This document shows, piece by piece, positions 50,336 through 64,000 of a DNA stretch of 64,000 nucleotides; the first letter of the stretch is position 1; every line of letters begins with the position of its first letter. The position numbers were made by a program, and so were the translations under genes. Source of the stretch: Octopus sinensis (lineage: Eukaryota); NCBI RefSeq assembly GCF_006345805.1, contig NC_043001.1:34224001-34288000 (forward strand), written 5' to 3'. Under the pieces are notes generated by a model, which saw only the letters and a list, made by a program, of their open reading frames with translations, ran no database searches and had not been told where the DNA came from.

Positions 50336-51054
50336 TGATGCTAAATGAAGTAAAAATCTTTTTACTGAATCTTTATTGGTCACAAATATATGGCCTTGTA
50401 TACATAATAATCTTACTTACATTTTGGGTGACGTCATAAATGTCGAATCATCGAAGTTAGTGACGAAATATTCACCAACTTCGATGTTGGAAAAAGATGG
50501 ATGGAAGTTGTAAGAAAGTTGAGTATGCAAGGTGCTGTGCTTGCACGGTCGGCCCACGTGGAAGGGATTGGAAAGTAATTACTTAAAAGGAAACCAACCG
50601 GCGGGTTAGTCCACTAACACGAATAGAATAATGTAATACCCATCATTTATATTTTTAATTTAATCACTCGTTTTCATATCATTTTATTCTCATGTATAAA
50701 CCCATCCGTTTTTAATTTGTGTAATGGGCGCGTTTGACCCTTATATGTTCCTTGTCTGCCCTTGTTTGTCCCCTCTATGTACCCTTTGTATAAGGGAATA
50801 AAGAAAAAAATTTCTTTTCTGTCTGAACTGCTTCTTTCTTGGTTACTATTTCTTAACGGTAAATCTACGTGGCAAAGATATCTGTGACGTAAATTGTGAA
50901 TCAAATAAATACAGGAATTTGAGCTTGATTCTTAAATGCAATATAATCGTTACATAGTCTATTACAGGAGTACGGACTTAAGTCAGCAATGCTTGTAAAC
51001 ACACAAATCAAATGCACACATAATCTAGAGAAGGGGATACGAATAAAAAGGGAG

Positions 51055-51600
51055 GAAACTGAGTTCCGCTTTTCTACTCAGTAATAGTAAAGACATTTAT
51101 TTACATTTTCCATTATATAAATCATTTGATTTCTTCATGAATTCATGAATGATGTGATTTCTTCGATTTCTGCGCTGTCCGGATCACCATGGGTAATTGT
51201 ATTACTTATTCCGTGACACCTCCTTAACCGCCAGTCACTAGCTTTGAAATTCCCGATACACATTTGCCTAGCTACATTGGCAGCAGTACTTTGACCGTCT
51301 GCACTTCAGACGGTGATGCTACAGGATCGTTGATAGATAACTTCTTTGTCACAATCTCATCAAGATTTGTAACTCTTGTAACTCTCATATGCTTCCACAC
51401 ACGAAAAGCTGATGTTTTAGAGTTTGTAACAGCCTTATATTTCTAAAGGAAATACAATATAATTGTCTTTAGTTTTGCTTTCCAACATCATACTTTTCAC
51501 AAACTTTTGCTACCAACCTCAAACTTCTTTATAAGTTCAAGTCGCTGGTTTGTAGATTGGGTCATGTGCTTCATCGTTTGGTTATTACTTATCCTTGAAA
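51055..51600 (-). pseudogene. pogo/Tigger (CENP-B HTH) transposase N-terminal remnant
   Basis: QRLELIKKFEVG..KVCEKYDVGKQ, KHMR..LDEIV, GNFKASDWRL, RCHGIS..HGD..SA across frameshifts. Confidence 0.7.
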
Positions 51601-52176
51601 CCTAGATGAAAATACAAAACTGACAGACACTTAATAAGTGAAAACTCAACGAAAATTGCTGGGCAAAATAAATTGTATTGTGTTTTTTTTTATCACAACG
51701 TACAATGCTATCAAACTGAACCGATTAGTCCGGTACAAGGGTTTCTCAAAACTGTAAGCTATTTCGATTTGATTCCATCTTTGTTTCTGAGTATGTATTA
51801 TTAGATTGCAAAACAAACTGCAGACAGATTATCTCATGATATTGCAAAAATAGAATTATTATTCAGAAATCAGCTTCATTTATAAATTTGCAACGAATTT
51901 ATACATACAATTTCTCAACACGGAAACAGCGTTTACGAGAGGAGGTGTTGAAGCGAATAAGAAATAATAAGTTTTACATAAGTTTCAGACTGAATATTGA
52001 TAGAAAGAAGCAGGAAAAAAGGTGGGAGAATGAATTCGAATAGAAGGCGAATTACGTGGAGTACTAGGAAGAAAGTGTATACTTCTTAGAGGAATTCAAA
52101 AGGGAATAATAAACAGAAAGTGTACTGAGGAAATATCACTCAATCACTGCTCCTATATTTTTCGCTATTCCATTAA

Positions 52177-52198
52177 TCTATACATATAAAGCTGAAGT

Positions 52199-52233
<35 letters not shown>

Positions 52234-52859
52234 CAGGTTTGGTTGCCTTCAGGCGGCGAGCTGGCAGAAACGTTAGCACACCGGGCGAAATGCGTAGCCG
52301 TATTTCGTCTGCCATTACGTTCTGAGTTCAAATTCCGCCTTTCATCCTTTCGGGGTCGATAAATTAAGTACCAGTTACGCACTGGGGTCGATGTAATCGA
52401 CTTAATCGTTTGTTTGTCCTCTCTGTGTTTAACCCCTTGTGGGTAGTAAAGAAATAGGTTTGGTAGCCTTCAACTAACACTATCTCCTCCGAGACCCTGC
52501 GGCGCAAGTTGACCAAAATTGAGAGTATGATAGAAGAAGGCTTGCTCTTCATTACGTAGAAGAAAAAAAATTCAGATCGGACCATGTTAAGACCAAAAAT
52601 TATTTACATAAAAAGGTGCTTCTTTTCTATGAAAATCCCTATTTTTTAAATAATTTTTTGACTGCTGTGTCGCCATTTTTCGGTGTATTTCAACCAGAAA
52701 AATGTTCACCTAAAGAGAATAACAAGCTACATAATGCAAAATTTTTACTTTTCAAAAAAGATTGAAACTATGTCAAAACTTTGTTAACGCGACATCAAAG
52801 TCTTCAGTTTTAAGCGCAACTAAAAAACAAATCCGAGCAACGCCGGGTTATACTGCTAG
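52177..52859 (+). mobile_element. Non-autonomous Helitron with nested SINE B
   Basis: A|TC start, 3' hairpin CCGAGCAACGCCGG and CTAG|T end. Confidence 0.85.
52252..52456 (+). mobile_element. SINE family B monomer with 16-bp TSD
   Basis: GGTTTGGTTGCCTTCA (52236-52251) / GGTTTGGTAGCCTTCA (52457-52472). An internal deletion occurred at a GCC microhomology. Confidence 0.93.
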
Positions 52860-54004
52860 TATTTTATAAAGAGGAGACAGAAAAATTAGTTCTCCATTAT
52901 GTCGCATGATTATATCATAGAATTTATGATGGCATTATCATCTTTGGTCAATGAACAGCATTTCTACATTACCGACTTGAGTGCCATTCTGCTGCTATAT
53001 CTAGTTGGCTGGTCAGCCACATAAAAACTCCATCATATAGCTGTTGTTTAGCCACAGGTCAACCTGGATTCAACAGACTTACAATGAAAGACATTCCAAC
53101 CGTAACCATCCCGTTATTCATGTGTACATGAGTTAAATAACCCAATGTGTTCTTTCCTTATTCAAGCCAATTAAATATGATTTGAGAGAGAAGTTACAGC
53201 TGTTTCTAGCAGGTCTAGCGGCCTCGTAGAGGCACTCATTGTCTTGGTAAGTAATAAGTTGTTTTTATCGTTGTTTTAGGCCCAGATCAGATTTGATCGA
53301 GCAATCCTGAGCTTAAAAGTATTCCCTATTTGGCCCAACCATTTAGTTTATGCATCTAGTTTTATATAATCTTATGAGGGACATTTGGCTGCTATTTCTA
53401 ACTCAACGAACAACCACATAGAAGCTCTCGTATTGGATGGGGCCGGAGATGTGACGTCATTATTTATAGAAGGCGACAAAATCAATGTCAACATTTAACA
53501 ACTTATTCCATGTGTCTTAATAAAAGTGTGTAATGCTCTGTGAATAACACTGTGTGTCGGATGTGTGTGTGTGTGTGTGTATGTGTGTGTGTGTGTGTGC
53601 GCGCGTACATGGGTTTATATATCTCTGTGTTCGTGAAAATGTGTGAATATATGTGTGTTTAGGTTGATGTGCATGTATAAGTAGGTGCATAGCGTGTGTG
53701 TGAGTGTGTATCTGTGTGTCTGTGTGTGTCTGTGCGTGCATTATCTACGTACGTATATGCATGTATGGATTGAATATAGTTTTGTATATCGAGCGTATAT
53801 AAAATATACATATATATAAAAAATATATATATATATAAAATAATTTTAAGAGTGTCTGTATATTTTGGTGAAAAATGCTCCAGAGAATATGGTAATTATA
53901 TATAAGAATGTACAAAAGATATATATATATATTATATATATATATATATATATAATATATATATACATATATATATACATACATACATACACACACACAC
54001 ACAC

Positions 54005-54070
<66 letters not shown>

Positions 54071-55587
54071 TTTATGTGCAAGTGTAGGTTTCTAAATGAA
54101 TATTTATGTATACATGAAAAAGATGTCACAAACGAAACGAACTAGAGAAGGAAATATATACACATACTTGCACACACACAAACACACAGCACATGCACAT
54201 ACACACACACACACAGACAAACACGCGTGTATATGAAGGTTGACGTTGGGAACGGGGAATGAAAAAGAAGGGAAAGAGATAGATAAGGACTGTGGTTTAG
54301 AGCACTTGGAGGCGCGAGGGTGATAGAAAAAGGAAATTTCCAGGCAGTAAAGGTTTTATTTGTGTTAGGGTCATTTGATTATTATTAGCAGGCGCATGAT
54401 TTCGTGTGACTCTGGAATTCCGTTTTCCCTACATAACCCCCACTCCACTCTTACACATCGATCTGTCTTCATTGACACCTTTAATTTCCATCCCTATTCC
54501 TCGAGTCATCAGCTGATTACCAGCCAATTTAAGGGCCACGGGACATTAGGAATATTCGAATAATGAACTCAGTGCTAAAGGTGTGACAGCTCTCATGATA
54601 AAGCCGGGGGTTCGCAATGACAAATGACAGAAAAATTTAGCCTAGAATTCGCAGAAATCAACTTTTAAGGCGTATATCCTTCAGTGTCTTGGTCAGTTTC
54701 GATAACAAATAATTACTGCATATCCAATTACCATTTCTGTGATGCCACTGTGACAGAGCGAAGGAAGACAGTAGAATTCATACGACCTCCTGCGATCTTT
54801 GGTCGAATGGGTAATGTCCACTAGCGTCCGGCATTACACAGCAGTATTCTAACAGTGTCCAGCAATACACAGCAGTGTCCAGCAGTATCAAACCATGCCG
54901 AGCAAAGTATTATGCTGCCTGGCTGACAAATAATCTAATTCTTAGCGATCCAACTTACAAAATTACAAAATTCGATAACAGTCATTTGACTAAGAAGACT
55001 CGCTTCTTGATTTCCGAAAGTGACAAGTTATTTAAAAAAGATGTATCTTCAAATTCCCTGTCTAAATGGGCGTCTGTTTGGTTGCAAAGTCCAGGGCAGA
55101 AGTAACGAAGTAGCCGACAACAACCAAAGAAACTGAACACTGTTTTCTCACGAATGGTTTGAAAATTGACACGAACTTATTGCTTGAAATATTATACGAA
55201 GATTGATCTCTTGATCTCTGCTATAACACAGCGACTTTGACGAGTTATAGTTATTTTCTATTTTCTTACAAAATCACTGCGTGGTTACTTGATTTGTTAA
55301 TAACTTGCAGGCAATACTTCATTCTACTGACCTAACAAAAAGAGAACATCATAGACAACGGAATGTAAATTCCATTATTTCTTCTTTTTTTTTCAACATC
55401 ATAAAATTTTGACTCGAATGTCTCTGTTTATCTTGATATGAGATCACCATGTCGCGCACAGATGATTGTGATGCATGTGCCTAGTGTACCCTTATCAGAC
55501 GGGTAATCATAATGGGTATACTGAGCTTCGTATATTTTACCTCAGTGTCACTTTGATGGCATGCACTGCTCTCTCACTCAATAATAA

Positions 55588-55652
<65 letters not shown>

Positions 55653-56368
55653 GGACCACCTAATCTCTGGATGTAAAGTCTTAGCACCAGTGGAGTATAA
55701 ATTAAGACATGACAGAGTTGGCCAATATCTACACTGGCTAATAAGTCGGCATTACAATATCAAAACTGCCGACAAGTGGTATAATCACCACCCTGAGGCT
55801 GTAACTGAAGGAGAAAATGTAACCATTCTGTGGGACTTTCCAGTACATACAGACCAAACCATCAAGGCCAATAAACCAGATATTGTTGTGAAAGACCAAA
55901 ACAATAAAGTTTGCTTATTGATCGACATGAGCATCCCCTGTGATCATAATATCTCAGCGAAAGAGTTTGACAAGCTCAGAAAATATAAAGACCTACTCAT
56001 TGAAATTGAGAAAATGTGGCATCTCAAGGCGGTTACAATACCAGTGATCGTAGGAGCACTAGGAATGATCAAGAAGGGAACCGAAAATTATATGAGAATG
56101 ATCCCTGGCTTACCATCCCTGCAAGAAGTGCAAAATATTGTCTTAACTGGTACATCAAACGTATTGAGAAGAGCATTGTCGATGTGAGAGCTGTTGCTGC
56201 TCATGTATTTTAATTTAACTTAAAAAAAAAAAAATTTTTTTTAATGAACGAACTATTGAGCTTGGTTTAATGGCCTACCAATGTATACTATGAGTTTCTT
56301 TGCCCTAGGAGTCGGGAAGACACTCGGCAAGAAATGGAAGCAAATTTGAAAGAGGAAAAAAAAAAAAA
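55653..56368 (+). mobile_element. Dong/R4-clade LINE 3' fragment (RLE domain ORF 55690-56187) inside (TAA)n
   Basis: DHLISGC..EYKLRHDRVG..WY..ILWDF..KPDIVV..LIDMSIP..KYKDL..PVIVGALG. (AAT)n lies directly 5', and poly(A) plus (TAA)n directly 3'. Confidence 0.93.
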
Positions 56369-56724
56369 TAATAATAATAATACTAATAATAATAAGATAA
56401 TTAACAACCAAGTATCAAAGCTTATATTGTGCGGAAAGAAACCCTGTTAGACCTCTGACGGCAGGCTGCAGTCCGCTCTCACAAAATCTACTGAAACAAA
56501 CAAAACCGAACGTTCTGAGAAGTAAAACAAATTTAAACGCAGAGCGCAGCCTTTAAGGTTGTATAAAATATATATACTGTATATAATCATGCACACACAC
56601 ATATGTGTGTGTATATGTATGTACCTTTTTAGTTTTGTATATCTTTGTGAATAGTGAATCATTAAGCGTTCCCCATATCACTGACATGTAGCTATTCACT
56701 CATTGCAGTGATACTAATTTTTAG

Positions 56725-56800
56725 TTTTTTTATGCGCCCTTTCAAGCCTAGCCAGGCTCATGGGCCCAGTTTCCCGGTTTCTGTGGCGTATGTGTTCCCC
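56725..56800 (-). mobile_element. Isolated family C tail type 1
   Basis: Reverse complement of 3330-3400. Confidence 0.8.
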
Positions 56801-56857
56801 CCATAATACATGCACACGTACTTAAATATGTAATGTGTATGTGTGTATGTGTGTATG

Positions 56858-56943
<86 letters not shown>

Positions 56944-58331
56944 GTGCGTGTGTGTGTCTGTGTAAGTAGAAAAACCACTTAGTGGATGAGTGGAAAGTGA
57001 GATTGGTGGACCACGTATTTATTATAAAAGTTAATATCGAACCCTGGTGATAGTTACTTAAGTCTCAAGACGAATGAAGCTGAGTGCTTTGTGGCTCAGT
57101 ATTCTCTACTATCTGATACGTTTTATAAAAAGAACAGTGCTGGTTTGCATTTCATTAATACAAGGCTGTAGAAAGAAGACTGTAAAATTAGAACGGACTG
57201 AATCAATCAAAATTATATGCTAACATATTTTATCGATTCCAGAAAGATAAAAGTCAGTTATTGTTATTTAAATCTATGTCATCTCTAATGGATCAGACCT
57301 ATCAATAATGTTGTTCTTATCGTAACTATCACATCGTTTACTCAAACGGAAGAAGAGTATAAAATGGAATTTGTAACGTTCATGCGTTTCCCAAAGTTAT
57401 CAACTTCATATGCGATATTGTGTTATGCAAACTGCAAACGGAAGCGGATTAAATCTTGCGCACGAGGACAATATTTTTTTTAAGATGGGAAACTTTTTCA
57501 TACAATGGTTTTAATACCTCTACAAGGCGGCGAGCTGGCTTAGTCGTTAGCACACCGGGCGAAATGCTTAGCAGTATTTCGTCTGTAACTACATTCTGAG
57601 TTCAAATTCCGCAGAGGTTGACTATGCCTTTCATCCTTTTGGAGTCGATAAAATAAGTACCAGTTGTGTACTGGTTTCGATCTAATCGACTGGCCTCCTG
57701 CCCACAAATTTTAATACTTCTACGTATTAAAACTTTTCGTAGCCGTAGAAATAGTTGCTAATAGTCTTAAATCCTACCGCATTATCTTAACTTTGAAAGA
57801 ACGAATATGTTGACTACTGTTATACAAGGTATGAATTCGGATCGTCATTACTTCTCTGAGACTAAACAACAGCATCAACAAGGTATAATGTAAATCCCAC
57901 AGTAACGAACTTTAAACTTAAAAAAAAGACAATGTAAATTCTATGCAAATTTTTCCTTATAATTACTTAATTTCAAATTCAAAATTCAATTCTAATCTCG
58001 CCAAATGTTATGAAGAAATGATTATCTCTGTTGTAATAACTGTCCACTAGGGGATGACAAGTATAGCTTTATAAATGTAATATATTTAGATGCTCTACTT
58101 TCAATATAGAAAACTTCTTTCTTTCTTGTCCACACTAAAGTCTAAGCATTTAACTATTTATACACATGCGCACAAACAACACAAACACGCCCACTCGAGT
58201 TCAAATATACAATGAAAATGTGAAAGTTTACTAAGTGCTCAATAATGTTTAATATCATATCAAGTCGTACCAAATTTAGAGTTATAATATAATACAATAT
58301 ATATATATATGATATAATATGTCTAATATAA

Positions 58332-58723
58332 TCTTTATATATAAAAGTCAAGTTGTGTGTCTGTCTCCTACGATTTAGATTCCTAACTACTCCCACATTT
58401 TGCGGTGCAGTTTAACCAAAACCGGGTATCTTATAGTCGTGATTCATATCGAGCCCTTCTGGGTATTAGCGCGTGTCTACGATGAGTCTACGATTTAAAA
58501 AAAAAATTACCATAATTTTTTTCCATTTTAATGCATTTTTGGCATATATAAGGGAAGTAACTCTCTAAAAATTTATTATTAAGTCTCAGAACGTAAAAAG
58601 CTACAGTAACACCCCCTCTTTGTGGTTAGCCATATTGAGATGGCTATTATACTTTACATCTCTAAAAATGCTTATATAGTTATTTCCCTTACAAACCCGA
58701 GCAACGCCGGGCGATACTGCTAG
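58332..58723 (+). mobile_element. Non-autonomous Helitron
   Basis: A|TCTTTATATATAAAAG start, hairpin CCCGAGCAACGCCGGG and CTAG|T end. Confidence 0.87.
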
Positions 58724-59153
58724 TACAATATAAAATAAGGTGACGAACTGGCCGACAAAATGCTTAGCTGCATTTCGTCTGTCAAATTCCGTCGAGGTCG
58801 ACTGCGAACCCAGCGATCAACTGGTACTTATTTTATCGAGCCCGAAATTATCTTGCGGTTTTCCCTTGCTAAGCATTTCGGCTGGCAAGCTAATGTTTCT
58901 GTTAGCTCACCGCTTTATAATAAAATGTAATATTATGTAATGAAAATAACGCGACGAGCAGGTAGAACCTTTGGCACACCGAGCAAAAAAATAATTTTCA
59001 TTCGTCCTTATGTCTTGAGTTAAAATTCCGCTGAAGTCGACCTTACCTTTCATTTCTTTTAGGGATCGATAAAATAAGCACGTCGAGTGTGATCAACTGG
59101 CTTCTTCCTTCGAAATTGTTGCCCTTGCGCCAAAATTTGAAATCACTTATATA

Positions 59154-59309
59154 GGCGTAGGAGTGACTGTGTGGTAAGTAGCTTGCTTACGAACTACATG
59201 GTTCCGGGTTCAGTCCCACTGCGTGGCACTTTGGGCTTCTACTGTAGCCTCGGGCCAACTAAAGCCTTGTGAGTGGTTTTGGTAGACGGAAACTAAAAGA
59301 AGCCCGTCG

Positions 59310-59340
<31 letters not shown>

Positions 59341-59568
59341 ATGTATGTGCGTGTGTATATAATTGTGTGTCTGTGCTTGTCCTCCCAACATTGACAACCG
59401 ATGCTGGTGTGTTTACGTCCCCGTAACCTAGCGGTTCGGCAAGAAAGAACGATAGAATAAGTACTAGGTTTACAAAGAATAAGTCCCGGGGTCGATGTGC
59501 TCGACTAAAGGTGGTGCTCCAGCATGGCCACAGTCAAATGACTGAAACCAGTAAAAAGAGAGTAAGAG
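59154..59568 (+). mobile_element. SINE family A, full length
   Basis: Tail-to-tail with the next copy. Confidence 0.92.
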
Positions 59569-59608
59569 CAAAATAAATGACACCTGAAAAATTCTAAGTA
59601 TGCTTCCT

Positions 59609-59826
59609 CTCTCTTTTACTTGTTTCAGTCATTTGACTGCGGCCATGCTGGAGCACCGCCTTTAGTCGAGCAAATCGACCCCGGGACTTATTCTTTGTAA
59701 GCCCAGTACTTATTCTATCGGTCTATTTTGCCGAACCGCTAAGTGACGGGGACGTAAACACACCAGCATCGGTTGTCAAGCAATGCTAGGGGGACAAACA
59801 CAGACACACAAACATATACACACACA

Positions 59827-59870
<44 letters not shown>

Positions 59871-59993
59871 TACGACAGGCTACTTTCAGTTTCCGTCTAC
59901 CAAATCCACTCACAAGACATTGGTCGGCCCGGGGCCATAGCAGAAGACACTTGCCCAAGATGCCACGCAGTGGGACTGAACCCGGAACCATGT
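59609..59993 (-). mobile_element. SINE family A, head clipped
   Basis: Inverted about 40 bp from the preceding copy. Confidence 0.92.
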
Positions 59994-60361
59994 TTCCCTC
60001 TTGACGCAAAGTTTATGTTTCTCGCACATATGCGTATAAAATCATACCTATGTTGCTTTCATCAGCAGACACCAAATGAAAGAACTATTTGAAAACTGGT
60101 CGTTTATATACCCTGGTAGGTAAAAATATACGGGAAATGGAGAATAACATAAAATAACGAAATGTGGTTTCAAACAGTATTGTTTGCTTGATAATGAACA
60201 TAACATATGTATGCATATATTTCTTATCCGCGATTTTGCGTATATCCATGTATATATATATGTATACACATGTGTACATATAATATACATAAATGCATAC
60301 ATACATGCATACATACATACATACATACATATTTATATATATATATATATATATTATATAT

Positions 60362-60606
60362 ATCTTTTACTCTTTTACTCTTTTACTTACTTGTTTCAGT
60401 CATTTGACTGCGGCCATGCTGGAGCACCACCTTTAGTCGAGCAACTCGACCCCGGGACTTATTCTTTTGTAGCCCAGTACTTATTCTATCGGTGTCTTTT
60501 GCCGAACCGCTAAGTGACGGGGACATAAACACACCAGCATCGGTTGTCAGCAATGCTAGGGGTCAAACACAGACACACAAACACACAACACACGCATATA
60601 TATATA

Positions 60607-60652
<46 letters not shown>

Positions 60653-60808
60653 CGACGGTCTTCGTTCAGTTTCCGTCTACAAATCCACTCACAAGCGCTT
60701 GGGGTCGGCCCGAAGCTATAGTAGAAGACACTTGCCCAAGGTGCCACGCAGTGGGACTGAACCCTGAACCATTAGGTTGGTAGACAAGCTACTTACCACA
60801 CAGCCACA
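60362..60808 (-). mobile_element. SINE family A
   Basis: Tail, TA tract and head. Confidence 0.9.
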
Positions 60809-60991
60809 CAAATACATATATATATAAGCAGACAAACACACACACGCATACAAACATCATATCCCAACTGACAGAAATCATGATATAAATATCGAAATTA
60901 ATATATATATATACTTTTGACATCTGGACATAAATTTATGTCCAAGGGCAAAAATAATTGCGTGCATGCGTATGAGTGTGTGTGTGTGTAT

Positions 60992-61030
<39 letters not shown>

Positions 61031-61404
61031 TTACTCAGGAACTAAACAAAATGCCTTAATGCATTTTATCCGGTGCTTTACCGTTTCTGGCACCGTGTCA
61101 CCCTTATCAAGAATTATAATAATGAATGTCTTTTTGGAAGGGAGAAAATGTCATTTTGGTGCTGCTTACTCGCCTTTTTCTTACCCTTCAAATTATCAGC
61201 TGTTCTGAGGGACAACCTCAACTGTGTAGCGTCCCGGAGGGCCTGTTCCCTAGTCCCGTCTTAGCATGACCCCCATGAATATTCATTTTTTGAGTTCGGG
61301 TATATCAATCAGGGTTACAACCTTCCATTATCGATCAATGTTGACAGTGAAGAATCAAGTAAAGAAACGGACGGTCACTGCGTTTAGATATCATTAGACT
61401 ACCA

Positions 61405-61621
61405 ATTTCCTCCTCCTCCTCCTCCCCTTCTTCCTCCTCCTGCTTCTCCTCCTCCCCTTCTTCCTCCTCCTGCTTCTCCTCCTCCCCTTCTTCCTCCTCC
61501 TGCTCCTCCTCTTCCTCCCCTTCCTCCTCCTCCTCTGTCACTAAAACAACGATAACTACTACTACTAATACTACTACTGTTAACAAATCAACCCCCACCA
61601 CCAGCACCACCACCTCCACAG

Positions 61622-61666
<45 letters not shown>

Positions 61667-61703
61667 GCACCACCAGCACCACCTCCACCACAACCACCAC
61701 CAT

Positions 61704-61747
<44 letters not shown>

Positions 61748-61953
61748 TACCACCACCACCACCTACTACTACTACTACTACTATTACTACTACTATTACT
61801 ACTACTACTATTACTAATACTACTACTGCTACTGCAACCACCACCACCACCACCACCACCACCACCACCACCACTACTACTTCTACCACCACCACCACCA
61901 CCACCACTACTACTACTACTACTACCACCACCACCACCACCACCACCACCACC

Positions 61954-62000
<47 letters not shown>
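61405..62000. repeat. Compound trinucleotide repeats (CCT, 30-bp higher-order unit, GCC, CAC, TAC)
   Basis: Direct reading; source of the poly-V/E ORF. Confidence 0.93.
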
Positions 62001-62003
<3 letters not shown>

Positions 62004-62149
62004 GTTGTAGTAATTTTTTCTCTGCTATCTAGGCTGTCAATCTATAATTGTTTTTCATCTCGTTTTTCTTTCTGCTTATTTTTGCCTCCTGCTGTATTTT
62101 TGATTTCTCTATGTTTTGGTTAATTTCTCCAAACCGTTTTTATAAGTGA

Positions 62150-62155
62150 GAAAGA

Positions 62156-62238
<83 letters not shown>

Positions 62239-62260
62239 TGTGAGAGAGAGAGAGAGCGTG

Positions 62261-62305
<45 letters not shown>

Positions 62306-62325
62306 TTAGGTTAATTACATTTCTG
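62150..62325. repeat. (AG)n microsatellite
   Basis: Direct reading. Confidence 0.97.
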
Positions 62326-62699
62326 GTCAATAAAAATTATCAAACTCATTACGTAACTTCATCGTTTCCTATTATTGTGAGCTCTTACTGTTCTTGCAGT
62401 TGTTGCTGATGATGACAAAATTCTTATTGTTCTATTATAGCTCTCCCCAGCCTAAAATGAGAAAAACAAACTGTCCTATCTTCTCAGCACCATCACAAAA
62501 TATATAAGAAAAAATAGATATCAAACCCATTAGTTTAAGAAACCATGTTGGGTTTGCTCCAGCCTATTTTTCACTCAGATTTCATTTTTTCCTCCTACCG
62601 TTTGTCTTTTCAATTTTTGTATTTCAATCATGAGTTATACAGCACACCTCTGCACTCTGACTTGTCGGTAACTGTCTATGATCCTTGTGCGCTTGTACA

Positions 62700-62773
<74 letters not shown>

Positions 62774-62994
62774 TATTCTATCTATCTGTTTATCTGTGTA
62801 TGTGTCTCTTTCTCTTCACTCTCTTTTACTTGTTTCAGTCATTTGACTGCAGCCATGCTGGGGCATCGTCTTTTGTCGAACAAATCGACCCCAGGACTTA
62901 TTCTTTGTAAGCCTAGTACTTATTCTATCGCTAAGTTACGGGGGCATTAACACACCACCATCGGTTGTCAAGCGATGTTGGGGGGACAACGTAA

Positions 62995-63049
<55 letters not shown>

Positions 63050-63076
63050 TTAAAGAGAGAAACCACTATTAGGTAT

Positions 63077-63109
<33 letters not shown>

Positions 63110-63114
63110 ATATA

Positions 63115-63146
<32 letters not shown>

Positions 63147-63229
63147 CAACAGGCTTCTTTCAGTTTCTGCCTACCAAATCTACTCACAGGCTTTGGTCGG
63201 CCCGAGGCTAAAGTAGAAGACACTGCCCA

Positions 63230-63287
<58 letters not shown>

Positions 63288-63574
63288 TGTATGTATGCAC
63301 GTGTGTGTACGCATATATGTACATATGTAAATAGGCATGCATGGTTCGTTTTATGAGCCCACGCAACTTTAAGTTTCACAGAACCAACTCAAACTGTTAT
63401 TAATTACTGTATTTGTTTCTTTCGTTGTTTGAAAAAAAGTTCGTATTCTATGTTTTTGTTTTCTTTACGTTCTCGCTTTTCATTTTGTTCACGTGTTTTT
63501 GACGTCCTGTACCCATATATGCATATGCATATATATACGTATATATAATATAATATATATATATATATATAATA

Positions 63575-63847
63575 CTCTTTTACTCTTTTACTCTTTTACC
63601 TGTTTCAGTCATTTGACTGCGGCCATGCTGGAGCACCGCCTTTGGTCGAGCAAATCGACCCCGGGATTTATTCTTTGTAAGCCCAGTACTTATTCTATCG
63701 GTCTCTTTTGCCGAACCGCTAGGTGACGGGGACGTAAACACACCAGCATCGGTTGTCAAGCAATGCTAGGGGGACAACACAGACACACAAACAACAGACC
63801 ACACAAATACATAATATATATTTACATATATACGACAGGCTTCTTAA

Positions 63848-63918
<71 letters not shown>

Positions 63919-64000
63919 ATATATATATAATATATATATATATGCAGCAGCACTGAACCCGGCACCATGTATTTGGGAGCAAGCTTCTTACCACACAGCC
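63575..64000 (-). mobile_element. SINE family A, internally deleted, running to the window edge (further fragments at 62815-63000 and 63145-63230)
   Basis: Family A tail and body with an expanded (TA)n. Confidence 0.88.

Noticed and set aside
50429-53459. Two perfect CRE palindromes (TGACGTCA at 50429 and 53452, the latter near a TATA-like motif)
   Set aside because: About one is expected by chance in 64 kb of this composition, and there is no supporting transcript evidence.

Overview
AT-rich, repeat-saturated eukaryotic DNA, most likely an octopus (coleoid cephalopod) genome. That assignment is inferred from the tRNA-derived SINE families and extreme microsatellite density and was not database-checked. 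No intact protein-coding gene, rRNA, true tRNA or CRISPR array is visible, and most ORFs in the track are translated microsatellites. The window contains three abundant SINE families (labelled A, B, C here) and decayed LINEs (CR1/L2, two RTE, Tx1/L1, four R4/Dong-type RLE fragments). It also has mariner, hAT and pogo/Tigger transposase remnants, several MITEs, Helitron/Helentron non-autonomous elements and a 100-N gap. The main points of interest are: (1) a minimal type I hammerhead ribozyme with a non-canonical CUGUUGA core in a Penelope-like terminal repeat at 48770-48807 (-); (2) a ~680-bp foldback element whose loop is a telomere-like TTAGGG/TTTTAGGG array; (3) a modular SINE system, with family B forming concatemers and sharing a Tx1-like 3' tail and family C swapping 3' tails; (4) LINEs lodged in microsatellites; (5) a weakly supported chain of small minus-strand exons.
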